A stretch of DNA of 29,262 bases from Planctomycetota bacterium (GTDB lineage Bacteria > Planctomycetota > UBA11346): the NCBI GenBank assembly GCA_038231435.1, contig JBBRLJ010000054.1, positions 1 through 29,262 on the forward strand, written 5' to 3'. Shown one piece after another: positions 22,155-29,262 of the stretch. The translations under genes were made by a program, and so were the position numbers. The notes beneath the pieces were generated by a model. It did not search any database, had not been told where the DNA came from, and saw only the letters and a program-made list of their open reading frames with translations. The stretch's first letter is position 1; every line of letters begins with the position of its first letter.

Positions 22155-23404
22155 GTCGCGGCTCTCGCGGATGGGCGGTCGGACGGGGCAGCGGACGACA
22201 TGTCCGATGACGGAGGGAATGCTGCCCCCAGGGCGCGCGCGATCAGGTGCTCGCCGCGTCCATGTGCAGCGAGCACCAGGCGCGCGAGCGGCGACGCGGC
22301 GTCGAGCTGGCAGTGTTCGACGAGCACCGCAATCGCGCCGCCGCGCGAGTAGCTCGCCCGCACCGCCGCCGTCCCGGCATCGGAGGATCCCGCATAGTCG
22401 ATCGCCGCGGCGATCGCCGCCGCGTAGGCGCGCGGCTCGCGGCCGTGCTTGAGGCACAGCTGCGCCGGACCGACCAAGCGCTCGCGCGGCCCGAGCTTGC
22501 GGGCACTGTCGCGGGCGTTGCGCTCGATCGCATCGTTGAGCGACGCGTCGCGGTACTTGTCCCAGGCGATGCGCTGAAACTGGCGGTGCTCACCGGGCTC
22601 GAACGAGAACTCGCCGATCAGGCCGTGCGCGGATTCCTCCATGACGCTGGCATAGAAGGCCCGCAGGCGCGGGTCGTTCGCGGATTCGTGCAGGATGGCG
22701 TGGCCGTTGGCGTGGCCGATGTACGAGATGGGGCCGTTGAGCCCATTGAAGGTGTAGAGCTTGCGCGTGAGCTCGTTGGCGAAGCCGGCGCGCGGCTGCA
22801 GACCGGGAAAGGACGGCATCGGCGCGCGGAAGGCCTCGGCATCGGCTGGGAGCGTCCACCAATCGTGCATGCGCAGGGCAAGGGGTTCGACCGCCAGGAT
22901 CGCCGGGTCGGCGACCATGCCGGTGCGCAGCACCTGGGTCTCGACCAAGCCGAAGCCGTGTTCGATGTAGCGGCGGGCATCCTCATCCGCGCCTTCCAGC
23001 AGGATCTCGCGGATCGCGCGCGCGGGATGGTCGGCGTTCTCGCAGATCAGCCAATCCAGTGGTCGTCCGCCGCGCGCCGCGAGCAGCGGCTTGAGGAAAC
23101 GCGCAAGGCCGGCGATGTTCGGCGCGCCTACCGCCGACACCATGATGTCCGCCTGGGCCACATGCGCGCGCACCGCCTCTGGATCAGCCAAGGTATTCGC
23201 CGAGAGCACCGGGATGTACTCGGTCGAGCCGTCCTTGCCGGCAATGTCGACGCGGTAACGCCGTTCGCGATTCAGCAGCTCGACCACCGCAGGCGAACCG
23301 TCGAGGAAGCGCAGCCGGTAGCCACCGCGGTGCAGCAGCTGGCCGAGGAAGCCACGGCCGATCTTGCCGGCGCCGCAGATCAGGGCGGTCTTGGCCTCAG
23401 CCAC
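22151..23404 (-). CDS. Mannitol-1-phosphate dehydrogenase-like polyol(-phosphate) dehydrogenase
   Basis: GAGKIGRGF, SAVG, ICEN, RKLYTFNG, RNARDSARKLGPRERLVGPA; GTG 23404 with GGAG RBS. Confidence 0.82.
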   Translation of the reverse strand: MAEAKTALICGAGKIGRGFLGQLLHRGGYRLRFLDGSPAVVELLNRERRYRVDIAGKDGSTEYIPVLSANTLADPEAVRAHVAQADIMVSAVGAPNIAGLARFLKPLLAARGGRPLDWLICENADHPARAIREILLEGADEDARRYIEHGFGLVETQVLRTGMVADPAILAVEPLALRMHDWWTLPADAEAFRAPMPSFPGLQPRAGFANELTRKLYTFNGLNGPISYIGHANGHAILHESANDPRLRAFYASVMEESAHGLIGEFSFEPGEHRQFQRIAWDKYRDASLNDAIERNARDSARKLGPRERLVGPAQLCLKHGREPRAYAAAIAAAIDYAGSSDAGTAAVRASYSRGGAIAVLVEHCQLDAASPLARLVLAAHGRGEHLIARALGAAFPPSSDMSSAAPSDRPSARAAT

Positions 23405-24911
23405 GGGCTTCTCCCGTGGCGAGCGCTCGTGGCGCCGGCGTACCGGAATCGGGATCGAGCGCGCGTTGGGCCCGCAGGAAGCGCGCGTAGATCTCGGCAT
23501 AGGCCGCTACCCAGGCCGGATCCGGCTCGACGCGCTGGTATGAGAGCAGCGAGGCCAGGGCGCCATCATCGCGACCGCTGACCTCCATCGCGTGGCGGAT
23601 CGAGCCGAGCAGCGACAGATCCGCGACCGACATGACATCGATCGGGCGGCCGAGCACCGCGGCGCGGACGCGGTTCCACAGCGCGTTCGCCGAGCCGCCT
23701 CCGGCCATCTTGAAGCGCGCGGGCAGGGGCCGTTCGAGCGCCTCGGCGGCCTGCCTGCGGCACATCGCCACGCCTTCGAGCAGCGCGCGGAACATGTGCG
23801 CGTCGCCATGGTGCGCGCGCAAGCCGATGAACGCGCCCGACCAGCGGCTGTCCCACAGCGGCGCGCGCTCGCCACCCAGGTATGGCAGGCACAGCAGGCC
23901 ATCGGCGCCGGGCGGAAGCGCGGCAGCCTCGTCGGTCAGGCGCTCGAGATCGCCGGCGCCGGCGCGCTTGAGCACCGTGCCCATCAGCCACTGAACGCTG
24001 CTGCCGCCCGAGATCGAACTCCCGTAGATCGCCCAGCCGGAACCGAGGCGCGTGCGCACCATGCGCGCAGGTGGCTTCGGGCGCGCGGCGGACTCGTAGA
24101 CGCCGATGATCTCGGAGGTGCCGGCGAGCAGCAGGCCGTCGCCATCGACCGCGAACATGCCATGGAGCGCGGCGTTGGTGTCCTGCAGGCCGACGTGCAC
24201 CACCGTCGGTGGCAGACCGAAATCCGCCTGCCGTTTAGCGCGCATCGGCTCGGCGCCGGCGGCGTCCAGGCGCGGCAGGTGCGCGGCGCCGATGCCGATG
24301 CCGATGAAGCGCAACAAAGGATCCGAGTAGGTGAGCGTCACCTGGTCTACCAGGCTCACCTGGCTGCTCGGGTGGCTCAGGCAGGCGCCTGTGAGGCGCA
24401 GGAACACCGCGTCCTGGACCTGCAGATACAGCGCCGGCGCACCACCCTTGGCGAGGTGGTCGTGGATCTTCACCGCCAGCCAATTGGTCGCCGCCAGCAT
24501 GCAGGTGCCGAGATCCGCCTGCGCACCGCCATCGGCCCAGCGCTTCGCGAACTCGCCCACGCTGTCGCGGCAGGTCGAGTCCATCCAGATCGGGTAATCC
24601 TCGCCGATCGGCGCGTCGCCCGCCGCATCCCAGCGCAGCAGGCTCGACACCTGTCCGCACAGGCCCAGATGCAGGCGCTCGACGCGGTGCTCGCGGCACC
24701 ATACGCCGAGCGCGCGCAGCAGCTCCTCGACCTGGCGCCATTGCTGGGCGAAATCGCAGCGCGCGGAGCCGTCATTGCCGATGCGCACCTCATTGGGCCG
24801 GTCCGCGACGATGACGAATGCCGGCGATGGCCGCTCGACGAACACGCCAACGCGGATGCGGCTGGTGCCGAGATCCAGCGCCGCATAGATGGTGGCCGGC
24901 TCAGGAGGCAT
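23397..24911 (-). CDS. FGGY family carbohydrate kinase (xylulokinase-like)
   Basis: LDLGTS, CGQ, WMD, QDT, AGTS, LPYLGGERAPLWD, RALLEGVA, GGGSANALW. Confidence 0.88.
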   Translation of the reverse strand: MPPEPATIYAALDLGTSRIRVGVFVERPSPAFVIVADRPNEVRIGNDGSARCDFAQQWRQVEELLRALGVWCREHRVERLHLGLCGQVSSLLRWDAAGDAPIGEDYPIWMDSTCRDSVGEFAKRWADGGAQADLGTCMLAATNWLAVKIHDHLAKGGAPALYLQVQDAVFLRLTGACLSHPSSQVSLVDQVTLTYSDPLLRFIGIGIGAAHLPRLDAAGAEPMRAKRQADFGLPPTVVHVGLQDTNAALHGMFAVDGDGLLLAGTSEIIGVYESAARPKPPARMVRTRLGSGWAIYGSSISGGSSVQWLMGTVLKRAGAGDLERLTDEAAALPPGADGLLCLPYLGGERAPLWDSRWSGAFIGLRAHHGDAHMFRALLEGVAMCRRQAAEALERPLPARFKMAGGGSANALWNRVRAAVLGRPIDVMSVADLSLLGSIRHAMEVSGRDDGALASLLSYQRVEPDPAWVAAYAEIYARFLRAQRALDPDSGTPAPRALATGEARG

Positions 24912-26157
24912 GCGGCCTCACCGAGACGGACATCGTCGCCGGCCTTATCGCCGGATCTATCGCGGACGTCATCGCGGACTTCATCGCGGCAGCTGACGAA
25001 TCGTGCGCGGCCACGCGCACGACCAGCGCGAAGAGCGGCTCGCGTTCAGACAATCCGCAGGCGGTGGTCAGCAGCGTCGGGAGCGATCCGCCAGCGGCTT
25101 CCAGCGGCGACGGCCTGCCCGCGTCGCGGTACGCCGCGGCGGCGACGATGCCGCGCGCGATCGCGGCCGGCTCGATGCCGTGCTTCAGCGCGAGCAGCGC
25201 CGGGCCGATGAGCCGGTCGTCGCGGGCCAGCTTGCGCGCGGGATCGGCGGCGTTGCGCTCGATGGGATCGGGGATGGCGGGATCGCGGAACTTTGCCATC
25301 GCGCTATCGGCCCAGGTGCGCTGCTCGGCCGGATCGAAGCCGAACTCGGCGACCAGCGCGCGGCCTGCTTCATCGCCAGCCTGGATCGCCAGCGGCACGA
25401 TCATCGGATCCAGCGCGGCGGCGCTGAGCTCGCGGTGTCCGCGCGCGGCGCCGACGTAGCTGATCACCGCGTTGATGCAATTGTAGGTGTAGATCTTGCG
25501 CACCAGCTGGTGTTCGAAGGCGTGCAGCCGCTCGAGATCAGCGAAGTCCGGATGCGCGCCGACGAACGCATCGGCATCGCACGGCAGGCGGAAGAGGTCC
25601 TGCGCGCGCACCAGCAGCGGGTGATCGCCCGCGCCGGGTCCGAGACAGGTCTTGAGCACGATCCCCTCGACGAAGCCGACGCGCGCGAGTATGGCGTCGC
25701 GCCGAGCCGCGGGCAGCTCGGCCGCCACCGCCGCGCGCAGCACCGCCGCGGCGCGCGAGAGATTCTCGCAGGTGACGATGTCGAGCGGGCGCGACGGATC
25801 GCGCGCGAGCAGCGCTGCGGCCAGACGCTTTCCGAGCGCAACGAGGTTGTTGCCGAACACCGCGGTGAAGCACAGCTCGGCGGCGGCGAAATCTGACAGC
25901 CAGACGTCGCCATCAACGTGCGCGCAACGCTCGGGAGCGAGGGCGACTCTCACCTTGGACGCCTCGGACGCATCATCTCCGACGCGGCCGAGGACAGCGA
26001 CCTGGTAGGAACCGGCGCGCTCGAGCGCGGCCAGCAGGGACGCATCGCGATCCACCAGCACGAACGGCCGCCCGGCGCGGGCGCAGAGGTGCGCGGCGAA
26101 GCCGCGCCCGGTCTTGCCGGCTCCGAAAATGACCACCGCAGGTGCCGGCATGCCCAT
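24901..26157 (-). CDS. Second mannitol-1-phosphate dehydrogenase-like protein
   Basis: FGAGKTGRGF, TAV, TCEN, RKIYTYNC, DPIERNAADPARKLARDDRLIGPA. Confidence 0.82.
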   Translation of the reverse strand: MGMPAPAVVIFGAGKTGRGFAAHLCARAGRPFVLVDRDASLLAALERAGSYQVAVLGRVGDDASEASKVRVALAPERCAHVDGDVWLSDFAAAELCFTAVFGNNLVALGKRLAAALLARDPSRPLDIVTCENLSRAAAVLRAAVAAELPAARRDAILARVGFVEGIVLKTCLGPGAGDHPLLVRAQDLFRLPCDADAFVGAHPDFADLERLHAFEHQLVRKIYTYNCINAVISYVGAARGHRELSAAALDPMIVPLAIQAGDEAGRALVAEFGFDPAEQRTWADSAMAKFRDPAIPDPIERNAADPARKLARDDRLIGPALLALKHGIEPAAIARGIVAAAAYRDAGRPSPLEAAGGSLPTLLTTACGLSEREPLFALVVRVAAHDSSAAAMKSAMTSAIDPAIRPATMSVSVRPHAS

Positions 26158-26159
26158 TG

Positions 26160-26270
26160 CTATAAGACATAAGACTGATGATTCAAAATGTTTTTACTAA
26201 TCGTGTTTTGTCTTGCTAATTAGAGTTTATTTGAAGAATAAAGCCCATGATAAGACATAATATGTCTGAT
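26160..26270. promoter_or_regulatory. AT-rich divergent promoter region with repeated ATAAGAC motif, probable GntR operators
   Basis: ATAAGAC-ATAAGAC direct repeat at 26162-26175; palindrome AGACATA-a-TATGTCT at 26253-26267 covering the GntR start codon. Confidence 0.6.
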
Positions 26271-26963
26271 GTTCCAGCGCCTGCCCCCGTGGTCAAGGCG
26301 CTGTCCGCGAACGCCAAGGTCGTGCTCGCGCTCAAGGAGTCGATCCTCGGCGGCACCTACCCGCCCAACACCCTCCTCCCCTCCGAGGAGGCGCTGGTCA
26401 AGCAGCTCGGCGTCTCGCGCGTGCCGCTGCGTGAGGGCATCAAGCAACTCGAGGCCATCGGCTGGCTCAAGATCGAGCGCGGCAACGGCACGCGCGTGGT
26501 GCAGCCGGATTTCAGCGTCATCGAGCCGACCTTGGATTTCCTGTCTCGATTCGAGATCGTGCGCTTCCAGCACCTGCACCAGCTGCGCCGGCTGATCGAG
26601 ATCGAGAACATCCAGGACGTGGCGCGCGCCCAGCCCACCGGCCTGGTCGGCCGCCTGCGCGACGCCAACGCGCTGATCGAGCGCCAGCACGCCGAACCCG
26701 CCGGCTACGTCGACGCCGACGTCGCATTCCACGACCTGCTGGTGGCGGTCTCGCCGAATCCGCTGTTCCCACGGCTGCTCGCCGGCTTCCGCAAATACAT
26801 GCTGCTCAGTCGGCGGCTGTCGTTCTCGGGACCCGAGGCGGTGCTCGACACGGTGCGCGCCCACGAGGCCATCATCGTCACCATCGAGAACGGCGATCCC
26901 GCCGCGGCGAAATCCGCGATGGAAATCCACCTGCAGGTGACTGGGGAACAGCTGCATCTCTGA
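26262..26963 (+). CDS. GntR/FadR family transcriptional regulator
   Basis: LPSEEALVKQLGVSRVPLREGIKQLEAIG wHTH; FCD domain DVAFH...SPNP. Confidence 0.92.
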   Translation: MSDVPAPAPVVKALSANAKVVLALKESILGGTYPPNTLLPSEEALVKQLGVSRVPLREGIKQLEAIGWLKIERGNGTRVVQPDFSVIEPTLDFLSRFEIVRFQHLHQLRRLIEIENIQDVARAQPTGLVGRLRDANALIERQHAEPAGYVDADVAFHDLLVAVSPNPLFPRLLAGFRKYMLLSRRLSFSGPEAVLDTVRAHEAIIVTIENGDPAAAKSAMEIHLQVTGEQLHL

Positions 26964-27060
26964 GAGGCGTTTTCCCCTGACCGCTTCCGACGCCAGCCTG
27001 GCTCGCCAGCCTTCATTCGCAGTCCGCATCCGCCATCCGCCATCCGCCGCAGGAATCGCG

Positions 27061-27960
27061 ATGCCCGCCTCCAACTCCGCCGCCCCCCTCGCCGATCTCG
27101 TGCTCGACGCCAAGGCGACGCTCGGCGAAGGCCCGCTCTGGGATCCGCGCTCGAAGCGCCTGTACTGGGTCGACATCCTCGCCAGCACGCTGCACTGGTT
27201 CGATCCGGCGACCCGGCGCGATGCGTCGGCGCCGGTGGGCAGCCACGTTGGCACGGTGGTGACGCGCGCCAAGGGTGGCGTGATGCTGGCGCTGCGCGAC
27301 GGTTTCTACACCTTCGATGCCGATGTCGGCGAGCCGCCGGCGTGCGTTGCCAAGCCAGAAGGCCAGGGGACGAACATCCGCTTCAACGACGGCAAATGCG
27401 ATCCGGCGGGACGCTTCTGGGCGGGCACCCTGGACTACGACGATGCGCCCGGAGCGGGCAGCCTGTGGCGTCTCGGGATCGACGGCGTGCTGACGCGGAT
27501 GATCGATCATGTGGGATGCTCGAACGGCCTGGCCTGGGACCTCGAGCGCAGACGCTTCTACTACATCGACAGCCCGACCCGCACCGTCGTGGCGTACGAG
27601 TACGACCACGGAGCCGGCACCATCGCGCGCCCGCGCGTGGTCGTCCATGCCCAGGCCGACGACGGCTTCCCTGACGGCATGGCCATTGACGTCGAGGGCA
27701 AGCTGTGGGTCGCACATTGGGGCGGCGGACAGGTGGTGCGCTGGGACCCGGACACCGGCAAAGCCATCGCGCGCTTCCGCGTGCCGGCCAGCAGGACCAC
27801 CGCCTGCGCGTTCGCCGGCGAGCGCATGGATCGGCTCTACATCACCTCGGCGAGGGTCGGCCTGAACGCCGATCAGCTCGCCGCCGAGCCGCATGCCGGC
27901 GGCCTGTTCGTGATCGATCCCGGAGTCTGCGGACACGGCTTCGCAGCCTACGCCGGCTGA
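27061..27960 (+). CDS. SMP-30/gluconolactonase/LRE family sugar lactonase
   Basis: LGEGPLWD, LYWVDI, RFNDGKCDPAGRFWAGT, SNGLAW, PDGMAIDVEGKLWVA, LYITSA. Confidence 0.92.
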   Translation: MPASNSAAPLADLVLDAKATLGEGPLWDPRSKRLYWVDILASTLHWFDPATRRDASAPVGSHVGTVVTRAKGGVMLALRDGFYTFDADVGEPPACVAKPEGQGTNIRFNDGKCDPAGRFWAGTLDYDDAPGAGSLWRLGIDGVLTRMIDHVGCSNGLAWDLERRRFYYIDSPTRTVVAYEYDHGAGTIARPRVVVHAQADDGFPDGMAIDVEGKLWVAHWGGGQVVRWDPDTGKAIARFRVPASRTTACAFAGERMDRLYITSARVGLNADQLAAEPHAGGLFVIDPGVCGHGFAAYAG

Positions 27961-28049
27961 CGTCCGCCATCGCCACATCGCCACCAGCTCAATCCAACGT
28001 CCTTACCCACCACCAGTCGACCACCGACTGCGCGCCAGCGCGGAGACCC

Positions 28050-29153
28050 ATGACCATCAGGATCGCCATCATCGGCTGCGGCAACATCGCTCCGGCCTAC
28101 CTCAAGAACCTGCGCGCCTTTCCCGGCATGGAGATCGCCGCGGTCGCAGATCTCGACATCGCTCGCGCCCAGGCGCGCGCCGCGGAATTCGCGGTGAAGC
28201 GCGCCTGCACCCCCGACGACGCCCTCGCCGATCCGGCGATCGACCTGATCGTCAACCTCACCATCCCCCAGGCGCACGCGGCGGTCAGCCTGAAGGCGAT
28301 CGCGGCCGGCAAGCATGTGTATTCCGAGAAGCCGCTCGGCCTCGATCGCGTCGAGGCCGCGAAGATCATCGCCGCCGCTGGCGCTCGCGGCGTGCGCGTC
28401 GGCTGCGCGCCGGACACCGTGCTCGGCGCCGGCATTCAGACCTGCCGCAAGCTGGTCGACGATGGCGCCATCGGCCAGCCGGTTGCCGCCACCGCCTTCA
28501 TGATGTCGCACGGACCCGAGAACTGGCACCCCGATCCGACATTCGTCTACGATCACGGCGGTGGGCCGATGTTCGACATGGGACCTTACTACATCACCGC
28601 ATTCGCGACCCTGCTCGGCCCGGTCACGCGCGTCAGCGGCAGCGCGCGCATCACTTTTCCGCAGCGCATGATCACCAGCGAACCCAAGCGCGGCACCATG
28701 ATGACGGTCAAGGTGCCGACGCATGTCGCGGGCACGCTCGAATTCGCCAATGGCGCCGTGGTGACGCTGATCACCAGCTTCGATATCTGGCACCACACCT
28801 TGCCCAACATCGAGCTGCACGGCTCCGAGGGCTCGATGAGCATTCCCGATCCCAACGGCTTCGGTGGCACGGTGAAGCTGCGCGGCCGCGACGACGCAGA
28901 CTGGCGCGAGATCGCGCTCACCCATCCACATGCGGAGAACATGCGCGGCATCGGCGTCGCCGACATGGCCGCCGCGATCGCCGAAAAACGCCCCCACCGT
29001 GCCAGTGGCGAGCTCGCCCTGCATGTGGTGGACGTCATGCAGGCCTTGCACGACTCCTCGGACCAGGGCCGTCACATCGTCCTGGGCTCGACCTGCCCGC
29101 AGCCGGCCGCCATGCCGGCTATTATCTCAGGGGCGTTGCCCCTACGGCCCTGA
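28050..29153 (+). CDS. Gfo/Idh/MocA family oxidoreductase
   Basis: IIGCGNI, VNLTIPQAH, GKHVYSEKP, GCAPDTVLG, GGGPMFDMGPYY; GGAG RBS before ATG 28050. Confidence 0.92.
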   Translation: MTIRIAIIGCGNIAPAYLKNLRAFPGMEIAAVADLDIARAQARAAEFAVKRACTPDDALADPAIDLIVNLTIPQAHAAVSLKAIAAGKHVYSEKPLGLDRVEAAKIIAAAGARGVRVGCAPDTVLGAGIQTCRKLVDDGAIGQPVAATAFMMSHGPENWHPDPTFVYDHGGGPMFDMGPYYITAFATLLGPVTRVSGSARITFPQRMITSEPKRGTMMTVKVPTHVAGTLEFANGAVVTLITSFDIWHHTLPNIELHGSEGSMSIPDPNGFGGTVKLRGRDDADWREIALTHPHAENMRGIGVADMAAAIAEKRPHRASGELALHVVDVMQALHDSSDQGRHIVLGSTCPQPAAMPAIISGALPLRP

Positions 29154-29262
29154 CGGGCCTACCCCACGGGCTTGGTCGGGCTCGATGTCGCCGGCGAAGC
29201 GCCGGCGAAATCGTCGGCGGATGGGCTACGCCCATTGTATCCGCCGACCGCCCTCGGGCGCC
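29127..29262. repeat. Diverged copy of the REP-like unit seen at 1-324
   Basis: TCAGGGGC..GCCCCTACGGCC..GGCCTACCCCACGGGCTT..GGCGGAT.GGCTACGCC.ATTGTATCCGCC matches the 5' array in the same orientation. Confidence 0.85.

Noticed and set aside
27024..27048. Short CCGC(C)AT repeats (similar CCGCACT near 1995; GCCGAT x3 near 24290)
   Set aside because: Only 2-3 units in GC-rich DNA; not enough to support phase variation or any function.

Overview
GC-rich bacterial window with about 24 protein-coding genes, bounded at both ends by copies of one palindromic (REP-like) repeat family. The centrepiece is a complete sigma54/RtcR-controlled RNA-repair locus. On the minus strand a consensus -24/-12 promoter precedes rsr (Ro60/TROVE), a ~480 bp non-coding gap, rtcB, a zinc-ribbon gene and rtcA; rtcR is divergent. 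Folding the gap by hand shows three tandem Y-RNA-like elements with a shared putative Ro-binding stem. One is minimal with no tRNA domain. One is a classical YrlA-type tRNA mimic (T arm, closed acceptor, D arm). The third is a tRNA mimic in a different circular permutation: it is attached through the D-loop, and its anticodon and acceptor arms are both capped by GAAA tetraloops. The rest of the window holds a GNAT, OxyR, an AraC/GH2 beta-galactosidase pair, an EamA transporter, a candidate ~180 nt structured RNA, a TetR-vWA-lipoprotein operon, an F420-type NADP oxidoreductase, an HExxH protein, a response regulator, a desaturase, and a GntR-linked polyol catabolic cluster with two MtlD-like paralogues. 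All calls come from manual motif reading; no searches or folding programs were run.
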